Shown here: positions 1 through 8,699 of the stretch, in pieces | Layout of the letters: every line of letters starts with the position of its first letter | Numbering within the stretch: position 1 is the first letter of the stretch | Source: an uncultured Planctomycetia bacterium | GTDB lineage: Bacteria; Omnitrophota; Gorgyraeia; Duberdicusellales; 4484-171 | Length of the DNA: 64,000 nt | Reading direction: 5' to 3' | NCBI GenBank assembly: GCA_964635565.1 | Contig: CAZWON010000001.1 | Location: 71,020-135,019 of the forward strand | Program-made: the position numbers and the translations under genes | Notes under the pieces: generated by a model | Seen by the model: the letters and a program-made list of their open reading frames with translations, nothing else | What the model was told of the DNA's origin: nothing | Databases searched by the model: none

Positions 1-2
1 CA

Positions 3-2294
3 AGAGCAATAACTTTGACTGTTATAAAACGGGAAAATGGCGATATTCTTAAGATTGTTGATAATATCAAACGAATAATTAAAGAGTTTAAAAGAAAGAG
101 CCCGCCTGAGCTTAAAATATCTACTTTCTATGATATGTCGTATTATGTAAGAAGAAGATTGGGAGTCTTACGTTCTAATGGTTTGATTGGTTTTATTTTG
201 GTAGTATGGGTATTATTTTTATTCTTGCATCCGGTCTCTGCTACTTTCACTGCTTTAGGAATTCCTATTGCTATGTTTACTACCTTCTGGGTTATGGATT
301 TTATTGGTTTAAGCATAAACCTTATTACTATGTTTGGTCTTATCCTTGTTTTGGGAATGGTAGTAGATGATGGGATTATTATTTCTGAAAATACTTATCG
401 TTATATAGAAAAAGGTTTCTCCCCAAAGGAAGCAGCTATTAAAGGAACTTCTGAGGTATTGCTTCCTGTATTAGCAACAGTGCTTACTACAATTGCTGCT
501 TTATCTCCTCTTATGTTTATGAAAGGGCTTATTGGGAGATTTGTAAAATATATTCCTTTTGTAGCAATAATAGCTTTAAGTGCCTCTTTAATAGAGGCTT
601 TTATTATTTTACCTTCTCATTTAGCTGATTTTGCCCGTCCTATAACTTCTAAGAAAAAAGGTAAGTCAGAGAAGAAATGGTTTAAATATATATTAAGGAA
701 GTACCAAAGGCTTTTAACAGTATCTTTACGGAATCGGTATAAAGTACTTGGTATAGCGTGTAGTGCTTTTATTTTATCTATAATTGTTGCTAAATTTTTT
801 ATGCCTTTTATTCTTTTTTCTGCAAAAGGTGTAGAACAATTTTCTATAAGAATGGAAGCAAAACCAGGGATATCTTTAGAAGAAACCAATCGATTAATAA
901 AGAAAGTGGAAGATATTGTTTCTGCTATATCCCCCAAATACTTAGATACATACGAGACAATTGTAGGAAGACTAAGGGAGGAGAGAGGTTACGATCCTAA
1001 TGCCAAACAGGGTAGTAATTTTGCTCAAATTAATGTATATCTTACGCCTTCAGGAAAACGCGATAAAACTGCTCACCAGATTATTAAGGACATTACTCCT
1101 AAGTTGAATGAGGTTTTTAGCCAATTGAAGCAAGAAGGAGTAATAAAATTATATCCCCAGGAGTTTAAGGAGGGTCCTCCGGTGGGTAGGCCAGTAGACT
1201 TAAGAATTAGAGGAACAAACTTTTCTAAATTAAAAGATATTACTTTAGAAATTGAAGATTATTTACAGACTCTAAAAGGAGTGTCTTCTATAAGTAATAG
1301 TTACGATTTAGGTAACAAAGAGATAAACGTTGTGGTTGATGAAAATAAAGCAGCTAAAGCATACCTTACTAACTCTGATATTGCTTTTGCTATCCGATGT
1401 GCTTTTAGTGGAGTAGTAGCTACCACAATCAAACGGTCAAAAGCAGAGAAAGAGATAAAAGTTTTAGTGCGTCTTCCTAAAGATAAGAGAGATAATTTAA
1501 AGGTATTTGAAAAGATAGTAGTTCGTAATAAGTTTGATAACCTCATTCCTCTTAAAGAAGTTGTTAAAATTGAATATAGACAGTCTTTGCGTTCCATAAA
1601 ACATCTTAATGGGAAACGGTTCATTTCTGTAACTGCTGATGTTGATAATCGCCATATAACTTCTATGAAAGTAAATGCCCTTCTTAAGAATAGATTTAAA
1701 AACTTAGGAGTTAAATACCCGGGATATACTCTACATTTTAGTGGAGAAAATGAAGAGACAAGAGAATCTTTAGCCAGTTTATTTAAGGCTTTTATCATTG
1801 CTGTTTTGGTAATATATTTAATTCTTGCCACTCTTTTTGGTTCATTATCTCAGCCATTTATTGTAATGCTTACGATACCTTTTGCTCTTATAGGAGTAGT
1901 GGTTGCTTTTGTGTTTCATTTTGAACCTATAAGTTTTTTAGCTCTTTTAGGATTGGTAGGGTTGTGTGGTGTTGTGGTTAATGATTCTATTGTTTTGGTT
2001 GACTTTATAAATAAATTAAAGATAAAAAACCGAGACCGACCTTTAATTGAAATAGTAAAAGAAGCGGGCACTCTACGTTTACGGCCAGTAATTCTTACTA
2101 CTATTACTACAGTAGCAGGTTTAGGCACCGTAGCTTATGGTATTGGGGGAATGGACCCTTTTTTAAAGCCAATGGCTTTAGCAATATCATGGGGACTTCT
2201 TTTTGCTACTTTTCTTACTCTTATCGTTATTCCCTGCGTTTATCTTATAAGTGAGGATGTCAAGAAATTTTTAAGAAGAATTCCCTCTAAATAA
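3..2294 (+). CDS. RND efflux transporter permease subunit (AcrB/AcrD/AcrF family), 5'-truncated by window edge
   Basis: Frame is open from position 3. TM4 motif GMVVDDGIII, TM10 GVVVNDSIVLV and RLRPVILTT are typical of RND pumps. Confidence 0.9.
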   Translation, partial: RAITLTVIKRENGDILKIVDNIKRIIKEFKRKSPPELKISTFYDMSYYVRRRLGVLRSNGLIGFILVVWVLFLFLHPVSATFTALGIPIAMFTTFWVMDFIGLSINLITMFGLILVLGMVVDDGIIISENTYRYIEKGFSPKEAAIKGTSEVLLPVLATVLTTIAALSPLMFMKGLIGRFVKYIPFVAIIALSASLIEAFIILPSHLADFARPITSKKKGKSEKKWFKYILRKYQRLLTVSLRNRYKVLGIACSAFILSIIVAKFFMPFILFSAKGVEQFSIRMEAKPGISLEETNRLIKKVEDIVSAISPKYLDTYETIVGRLREERGYDPNAKQGSNFAQINVYLTPSGKRDKTAHQIIKDITPKLNEVFSQLKQEGVIKLYPQEFKEGPPVGRPVDLRIRGTNFSKLKDITLEIEDYLQTLKGVSSISNSYDLGNKEINVVVDENKAAKAYLTNSDIAFAIRCAFSGVVATTIKRSKAEKEIKVLVRLPKDKRDNLKVFEKIVVRNKFDNLIPLKEVVKIEYRQSLRSIKHLNGKRFISVTADVDNRHITSMKVNALLKNRFKNLGVKYPGYTLHFSGENEETRESLASLFKAFIIAVLVIYLILATLFGSLSQPFIVMLTIPFALIGVVVAFVFHFEPISFLALLGLVGLCGVVVNDSIVLVDFINKLKIKNRDRPLIEIVKEAGTLRLRPVILTTITTVAGLGTVAYGIGGMDPFLKPMALAISWGLLFATFLTLIVIPCVYLISEDVKKFLRRIPSK

Positions 2295-2401
2295 TTTTCT
2301 TTTGCATAAGATAAATGTCTTTTTGAATATTTCTATTATCTATGATAAGCTTTTAGGCTATTTTTAGTTAATATTCTACCTTAAATTCCCCTAAAAACAT
2401 T

Positions 2402-2429
2402 TTGATAAATTAATTAAATATGATATTAT
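2402..2429 (+). promoter_or_regulatory. Putative sigma70 promoter of the argH-lysA-dap operon
   Basis: TTGATA (2402-2407), 16 nt spacer, extended -10 TG-A-TATTAT (2421-2429); AAGGAAGAAGG RBS upstream of argH. Confidence 0.45.
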
Positions 2430-2457
2430 TTATATTGTTAAGGAAGAAGGCAAAAAG

Positions 2458-3783
2458 ATGAGCAATAAACTTTGGGGCGCAAGATTCAAAAAGAAGACTG
2501 ATAAGGATTTTGAAGAATTTTCAAAATCTATAGAGTACGATTATAAGCTTGCTGAGTATGATATTCTTCATTCCTTGATACATGTTGAGGCTTTAGCCGA
2601 GGAGAAGATTATTACAAAAAAAGAGAAAGAACGATTTATTTTAGCATTAGAAAACATTTTATTATCGGCAAAGAGAGGTAAGTTTAAGTTTGATATTACC
2701 TCTGAGGATATTCATACGGACATTCAAAACAAAGTTGAAAAAAAAGTTGGCAAACTTGCTTATAAATTTCATACTTTTCGTTCAAGAAATGAACAGATTG
2801 CTTTTGATGAGAAGTTTTACTGTGTAGAAGAAGCAACAGCTATTTCTTTTCTTATAGAGAGTATTTTGGATTCGCTGAGTTATCTTTCCTATAAGTATAA
2901 AAATAAATTTTTTCCTGGGTATACCCATACTCAAAGAGCGCAGGTGGTAAATTTTTCTGACTATTTGGGTGCATATTCTGCTATGTTTAAAAGGGATAGA
3001 GAGAAATTAAAACATTTTATAAAGAACACTATTTTATATGTAAAAAGTGGTGCATTAGCAGGCAGTTTCATAAAAAGAAGCTCTTATATAAAAGCTATTA
3101 AAAAAGTTGTAGTTAAGTATAGAATAAAGAATGTAAACATACAGGTTGTATCTAACCCTTTAGATAATGTGGCAAGTCGTGATTTTATTGTGGAGTTGTT
3201 AAGTATTCTTTCTCTTATTCAAATGCATCTATCCAGAATGGCAGAGGATTTTATTCTTTATTCTACCCGTGAGTTTAGTTTCTTTAGTTTGCCGGAAGAG
3301 TTCTGCACAGGAAGTAGTCTTATGCCCCATAAGAAAAATCCTGATTTTTTAGAACTTGTCCGCGGGTATACAGGAAAAATATATGGAAATATGGTCTCCC
3401 TTCTTGTAACAATGAAAGGATTACCATTGACTTATAATCGCGATATGCAATTGGATAAAGAACCCATTTTTTCTTCTGTTAAGATCATAAAGGATGAGCT
3501 TAAAATTATGGCGAAACTAATAAGAGGTATAAAACTCAATCTTTCTACGACAGAGAAGGTTCTTGGCGATGATAGTTTTTATGCTACTGAGTTAGCAAGA
3601 TTTTTGGTTTATAAAGGAGTGCCTTTTAAAGAGGCACATAATATTGTCGGTAGAATGCTAAAGTATTGTGAAGATAAGATGGTGAGTTTAAAGGATATGT
3701 CGGAAAATGTGCTTAAGGGCTTTCATACCTCGCTTACTCCTGCTGTGATAAAAGAAATAATTACGGCGAAATCCTATAGGTAG
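2458..3783 (+). CDS. argH: Argininosuccinate lyase
   Basis: LWGARF N-terminus, EDIHT, RSRNEQ, GYTHTQRAQ, fumarase/lyase signature GSSLMPHKKNPD, YNRDMQLDKE. Confidence 0.93.
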   Translation: MSNKLWGARFKKKTDKDFEEFSKSIEYDYKLAEYDILHSLIHVEALAEEKIITKKEKERFILALENILLSAKRGKFKFDITSEDIHTDIQNKVEKKVGKLAYKFHTFRSRNEQIAFDEKFYCVEEATAISFLIESILDSLSYLSYKYKNKFFPGYTHTQRAQVVNFSDYLGAYSAMFKRDREKLKHFIKNTILYVKSGALAGSFIKRSSYIKAIKKVVVKYRIKNVNIQVVSNPLDNVASRDFIVELLSILSLIQMHLSRMAEDFILYSTREFSFFSLPEEFCTGSSLMPHKKNPDFLELVRGYTGKIYGNMVSLLVTMKGLPLTYNRDMQLDKEPIFSSVKIIKDELKIMAKLIRGIKLNLSTTEKVLGDDSFYATELARFLVYKGVPFKEAHNIVGRMLKYCEDKMVSLKDMSENVLKGFHTSLTPAVIKEIITAKSYR

Positions 3784-3809
3784 CAAAAAATAGAAACCCC
3801 ATTTTCATA

Positions 3810-5072
3810 ATGCATAGTTTTCACTATAAAGGTAATACTCTTTATTGCGAAGAGGTAGAGGTTCAGGCAATAGTAGAGGAGTATGGAACTCCTCTTTATA
3901 TTTATAGTTACAACGCCATAATAGACCATTTCTTGAAACTGAAAAATGCTTTCCGTAAGGTTTCTCCTCTTATCTGTTATTCTGTGAAGGCGAATTCCAA
4001 CCTTTCTATTTTAAAAATAATGGTGGGAAAGGGTGCAGGTTTAGATATTGTTTCCGGAGGAGAACTCTTGCGGGCAAAGCTTGTAAACTGTTCACCAGAG
4101 AAAATAGTCTATGCTTCAGTAGGAAAAACTGAGAAGGAAATAAAAGAAGCAATTAAATTTGGCATTTTTATGTTTAATGTAGAGTCAGTCCCTGAGCTTG
4201 AAAAAATAAATGTTATTTCTCAACGGTTAAAGAAGATAGCTTGTGTGGCTTTAAGGATTAATCCACAGGTCCATCCTAAAACCCATAAGTATATTACAAC
4301 CGCTAAGAAAGAGACAAAATTCGGTATGGATATAAAGACAGCGCGGAAGATTTTTTTAAATTCTTCACATTACAAATATTTAAGAATCATTGGTATTCAT
4401 ATTCATATTGGTTCCCAGATTACTACTGCTACACCTTTTTTAAAAGCAATAAAAAAAGTAATACCCTTAATAAGGGAGTTAAGAAAAAGAAGATTCCCTA
4501 TTAATTATTTTAATATTGGCGGGGGGATGGGTATAGTATACTATAAAGAGAATTTTCAGAGCGCTTCTGCATTTGCCCAAAAAGTAATACCATTACTTAA
4601 AACTACAGGGTTAAAAGTTATTTTAGAGCCAGGAAGATTTATTGTGGGTAATGCAGGAATTTTAGTTACAAAAGTACTTTATATAAAAGATACGGTGTAT
4701 AAGAGATTTGTTGTAGTTGATTCTGCAATGAATGATTTAATTCGACCTGCTCTTTATGAAGCATATCATGAAATTATTCCTTTGAATAGAAGTCACAAAG
4801 TCACAAAGTCACAAAGTCACAAGTTAGTAGATGTGGTAGGGCCTGTATGTGAAAGTGGGGATTTTTTAGGTAAGGGGCGCAAACTTAATGTTAAGGAAGG
4901 CGATTATCTTGCAATTTTGGGTGCAGGGGCATACGGGTTTAGTATGAGTTCTAATTATAATAGTCGGCCACGAGCAGCCGAAGTTCTTATTAAAGGCAGA
5001 AAATGTTATCTTATAAGAAAAAGAGAGACCTATAAGGATTTAGTAGATAAGGAGATTATTGTAAAGATATAG
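3810..5072 (+). CDS. lysA: Diaminopimelate decarboxylase
   Basis: YSVKAN PLP lysine motif, HIHIGSQI, EPGRFIV, GPVCESGD, GAYGFSMSSNYNSRPR. Confidence 0.96.
   Translation: MHSFHYKGNTLYCEEVEVQAIVEEYGTPLYIYSYNAIIDHFLKLKNAFRKVSPLICYSVKANSNLSILKIMVGKGAGLDIVSGGELLRAKLVNCSPEKIVYASVGKTEKEIKEAIKFGIFMFNVESVPELEKINVISQRLKKIACVALRINPQVHPKTHKYITTAKKETKFGMDIKTARKIFLNSSHYKYLRIIGIHIHIGSQITTATPFLKAIKKVIPLIRELRKRRFPINYFNIGGGMGIVYYKENFQSASAFAQKVIPLLKTTGLKVILEPGRFIVGNAGILVTKVLYIKDTVYKRFVVVDSAMNDLIRPALYEAYHEIIPLNRSHKVTKSQSHKLVDVVGPVCESGDFLGKGRKLNVKEGDYLAILGAGAYGFSMSSNYNSRPRAAEVLIKGRKCYLIRKRETYKDLVDKEIIVKI
4790..4821 (+). repeat. Perfect tandem repeat (AAGTCACA)x4 inside lysA
   Basis: Four exact octamer copies read directly; they translate as SHKVTKSQSHK. 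Confidence 0.95.
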
Positions 5073-5099
5073 AAGAAGTATTCTGTAGAGAAAAGTTAA

Positions 5100-5972
5100 A
5101 TGGGAAAAGAAAAGAGGGTGGAGTTTTTTAAATTGCAAGCGTCAGGTAACGATTTTATCTTAATAGATAATCTTAAAAAGAATATTTCTTCCTTTCAATT
5201 GAGGAAATTAGCAAAAGATTTTTGCCAGAGAAAATTTGGGGTTGGGGCAGACGGTCTTTTAGTAATTGAGCTTTCTAAGAAGTACGATTTTAGAATGCAT
5301 ATATTCAACCCTGATGGGTCAGAGGCAGAAATGTGTGGGAATGGTGCGCGTTGCGTTGGTTTATGGGCAGAAATAGCCCTGGGGAAGAATTATGTGAAAT
5401 TTGATACTAAAGCAGGAGCTATAGAGGTAGAAATAGAGAAGGGTTCTTTAAAAAGAGATAAGATTAGTATGGGAGAATATAAACGAGTGCGAATAAAGAT
5501 GAGTGAACCACGGGGATTACGTCTTGATTTTCCTGTAAGGGTTTCCAAGCGGTTAATTAAAGTAAATTGTATAAATACAGGGGTTCCTCATATAGTTGTT
5601 TTTGTAGAAGGGCTGGATAAAATTGATATAGAGAGAATCGGTAGAAAACTGCGATTTCATAAGGCGTTTATGCCTGCAGGGACGAATGTTGACTTTGTTG
5701 AAGTGGTAGATGATGAGTTCATAAAAATACGTACCTATGAAAGGGGTGTGGAGGCAGAAACTTTTGCCTGTGGAACGGGTGTTGTAGCGTCAGCAATTGT
5801 TACGGGTTGTAAAATCATAAAATCACAAAGTCACAGATATAAATTTGATGTCTTAACGAGAAGCGGTGATATATTACAAGTTTATTTCACAAAAGATGGT
5901 AGTAAAATAAGTGATGTGTGGCTTAAGGGGAAAGCGTATTTTGTGTATAAGGGACAGCTTAACGCAGATTAA
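5100..5972 (+). CDS. dapF: Diaminopimelate epimerase
   Basis: GNDF, NPDGSEAEMCGNGARC, NTGVPH, ERGVEAETFACGTG (both catalytic Cys present). Confidence 0.96.
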   Translation: MGKEKRVEFFKLQASGNDFILIDNLKKNISSFQLRKLAKDFCQRKFGVGADGLLVIELSKKYDFRMHIFNPDGSEAEMCGNGARCVGLWAEIALGKNYVKFDTKAGAIEVEIEKGSLKRDKISMGEYKRVRIKMSEPRGLRLDFPVRVSKRLIKVNCINTGVPHIVVFVEGLDKIDIERIGRKLRFHKAFMPAGTNVDFVEVVDDEFIKIRTYERGVEAETFACGTGVVASAIVTGCKIIKSQSHRYKFDVLTRSGDILQVYFTKDGSKISDVWLKGKAYFVYKGQLNAD

Positions 5973-6140
5973 CAGTAAGGATATACAGATTATCGCAGAC
6001 AATAAAATAAAAAAAGTAAAATTATCAATTAACATTTTAAAATGTTCTTTTCAATCTTAATCGTTAACTTTTCATCGCTAATTTTGAATTTGTAATAAAT
6101 CTGTGTTAATCTGTTATAAATCAGCGGTAATCTGTGTATA
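5954..6140. repeat. Imperfect inverted-repeat element built from ~10-nt tandem units, with a central palindrome
   Basis: Left units AACGCAGATT/TATACAGATT/ATCGCAGAC; right units AATCTGTGTT/AATCTGTTAT/AATCAGCGGT/AATCTGTGTA are their near reverse complements; perfect 16-bp palindrome AACATTTTAAAATGTT at 6031-6046. Confidence 0.8.
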
Positions 6141-6155
6141 AAGAAGGAGGTAGTG

Positions 6156-7034
6156 ATGTTTTCAGGAAGTATTCCTGCTTTAGTTACTCCTTTTAAGAGA
6201 GACGGTAGTATCGATGAAGAACGCCTGCGTTTTCTTATTAACTGGCATATTAAAAACAGAAGTGATGCTATTTTAGTATGTGGAACCACAGGAGAAAGTG
6301 CTACTTTGTCTCACCAGGAGCATAAACATATAGTAAAAATAGCTACAGAAGAAGCAAGAAGACGCATTCCTATTATTGCGGGGGCAGGGTCGAATTCTAC
6401 CGAGGAAGCATTGGATTTGGCACATTTTGCCAAGAAGGTAAAAGCTGATGCCATCTTGGTGATTACTCCTTATTACAATAAGCCAACACAGGAAGGATTG
6501 TACCAGCATTATAAAAAAATATCACGAGAAGTTAAGATACCCCTTATTGTTTACAATGTTCCTTCCCGGACAGGGACTAACATTTTACCACAGACGGTAG
6601 CACGTCTCTATAAAGATTGTAAAACAGTTATTGGAATAAAGGAAGCCAGTGGTTCTTTAGACCAGATAACGAAGCTTATGACTCTTGTGGATAGGAGGTT
6701 TGTTCTTCTTTCAGGAAGTGATGAAATAACCTTACCTATTCTTTCTATAGGAGGTAAAGGTGTAATTTCTGTTGTAGCAAATATAATGCCTCGCCAGACT
6801 CATGATCTTGTTGCAAGTTTCTTAAAAGGAAATATTGAGAAAGCAAGAAAGTTACAACTTTATCTTTACCCCTTAATTAAAATACTTTTTATAGAGACTA
6901 ATCCTATCCCTGTTAAGACAGCTTTAGGTCTTATGGGACTTATTGAGCCAAACTTACGGCTTCCTCTCTATAGGATGAATAAGGAAAACTTTAAAAAACT
7001 TAAGGCAATTATTAAGAAGTACAATCTCAGTTAA
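6156..7034 (+). CDS. dapA: 4-hydroxy-tetrahydrodipicolinate synthase
   Basis: ALVTPF, CGTTGESATLS, YNVPSRTG, IKEASG, ETNPIPVK. ATG 6156 fits the AGGAGG RBS better than GTG 6153. Confidence 0.96.
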   Translation: MFSGSIPALVTPFKRDGSIDEERLRFLINWHIKNRSDAILVCGTTGESATLSHQEHKHIVKIATEEARRRIPIIAGAGSNSTEEALDLAHFAKKVKADAILVITPYYNKPTQEGLYQHYKKISREVKIPLIVYNVPSRTGTNILPQTVARLYKDCKTVIGIKEASGSLDQITKLMTLVDRRFVLLSGSDEITLPILSIGGKGVISVVANIMPRQTHDLVASFLKGNIEKARKLQLYLYPLIKILFIETNPIPVKTALGLMGLIEPNLRLPLYRMNKENFKKLKAIIKKYNLS

Positions 7035-7067
7035 CCCTTTTTTCTACTAATATAAAATTGATTTCAT

Positions 7068-8459
7068 ATGGAAGATATTAAATTGTCAATAATAATCCCT
7101 GTATATAATGAGATAAATACTGTTTTAGAAATAATAAGATTAGTGAAAGAAGAGAGACATAAAAAAGAGATTATAGTTGTTGATGATTGCTCTACGGATG
7201 GGACACACGAGGTACTAAAACAGATTGAAGAAGAGAACATTAGAGTTTTATTCAATGATGTTAATAGAGGCAAAGGTTATGGGATAAGAAAGGCATTAAA
7301 GTATGTGGCAGGGGATATTGTAATTATTCAAGATGCAGACCTTGAATATTATCCTGATGAGTATGGGATTTTAATAGAAAAAATTATTCAAAATAAAGCG
7401 GACGTTGTTTATGGGAGCAGATTTATAGGGGGTGCACACCGTGTATTTAATTTCTATCATTACATAGGGAACTTGGTTATTAATACAATTGCTAATATTT
7501 TCTTGAATGCCAATTTTACAGATTTAATGACTTGCTATAAAGCATTTAGAAGCGATGTATTGAAGAGTTTAAAACTGGAAGCAAATGGATTTGGGATAGA
7601 AACAGAGATTACTGCAGAGGTTTTTAAAAGAAGATATAGAGTATATGAGGTGCCTATTTCTTATAACGGCAGAACCTATGAAGAGGGGAAGAAAATAAGA
7701 TGGACAGATTTCTTTACGTGTTTGTATTGGCTTCTAAGATCGATAATTAGAGGGGTTGATTTAGGAGAAGACACATTATTGAAGACGATAATTATGAAAA
7801 ACAATAACTGGTGGGTTTATAAAAAAATTGAACCTTTTTTAGGGAAGAAAATATTAGAATTAGGTTCTGGTATAGGAGCAATATCGAAATACCTGGTGAA
7901 AAAAAATAGAAAAGTAACTCTTACTGATATTAATAAAAAATATACCACATATTTAAAAAGAAGATTTGTTGGCAATCCTCACGTAGAAGTTAAGAATATA
8001 GATATTTTAAACATAGATACTGTGTTTTCTGAGGGAGAGTTTGATACTATTATAGGAATAAATATTTTAGAACATATAGAGCACGATATAGAATCTATTA
8101 AGAAATTAAAAAAGGTACTTATTAAAGAAGGAAATCTCATACTATTGGTTCCTGCTCATAAAAGTTTGTTCGGGAAATTGGATAGCAAATTGGGCCATTT
8201 TCGGAGATACTCAAGGGATGAGTTAAAAACCAAGCTTAAAAATGAAGGTTTTTATATAGAAAGAATAGAATTTATGAATTTTTTAGGAGCAGTAGGATGG
8301 TTTATAAATTTCAAACTTTTAAGAAGAGAAAGAATGTCAAAATTAGTAATTCAGATTTTTGATGGGACCATACCGGTTATTGCTTTTATAGAGAGATTTT
8401 TAAAATTTCCTTTTGGACTTTATCTGTTATGTATTGCAAAAAATAAATTAGATTTTTAG
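7068..8459 (+). CDS. GT2 (polyprenol-phosphate sugar synthase/DPM1-like) fused to a class I SAM-dependent methyltransferase domain
   Basis: N-term IIPVYNE, VVDDCSTDGT, NRGKG, QDADLEY, GSRF; C-term ILELGSGIG SAM motif, LEHIEHD, HFRRYS. Confidence 0.88.
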   Translation: MEDIKLSIIIPVYNEINTVLEIIRLVKEERHKKEIIVVDDCSTDGTHEVLKQIEEENIRVLFNDVNRGKGYGIRKALKYVAGDIVIIQDADLEYYPDEYGILIEKIIQNKADVVYGSRFIGGAHRVFNFYHYIGNLVINTIANIFLNANFTDLMTCYKAFRSDVLKSLKLEANGFGIETEITAEVFKRRYRVYEVPISYNGRTYEEGKKIRWTDFFTCLYWLLRSIIRGVDLGEDTLLKTIIMKNNNWWVYKKIEPFLGKKILELGSGIGAISKYLVKKNRKVTLTDINKKYTTYLKRRFVGNPHVEVKNIDILNIDTVFSEGEFDTIIGINILEHIEHDIESIKKLKKVLIKEGNLILLVPAHKSLFGKLDSKLGHFRRYSRDELKTKLKNEGFYIERIEFMNFLGAVGWFINFKLLRRERMSKLVIQIFDGTIPVIAFIERFLKFPFGLYLLCIAKNKLDF

Positions 8460-8699
8460 ATATACTCCTTTCATTTTAAATATTTTTCCCTCTACATAAA
8501 ATATTATAGGCTTTGTTCTTTACCTAGTGATTTCATTCTAAGGTAAAGATAATAAACAATCTAACACGGGAAGAATAAAGAATATACAATTTTCTTGATG
8601 ATAAGAAGCTGTTTGTTATTTTAAATCTATAATTTTATGTTACAATATTTAAAATAATATATTTTACTCATAATAGATGAATTAACTTAATAAAAAGTA

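Noticed and set aside
2400-2425. ARG box upstream of argH
   Set aside because: Only a loose AT-rich resemblance to the TGAAT-N4-ATTCA consensus, with no tandem partner.
4790-6140. CRISPR array interpretation of the repeats
   Set aside because: Units are 8-10 nt with no unique spacers and no cas genes.
6029-6289. 86-aa minus-strand ORF as possible cargo of the palindromic element
   Set aside because: About half is antisense to dapA, and the rest is translated repeat sequence with no family motif.
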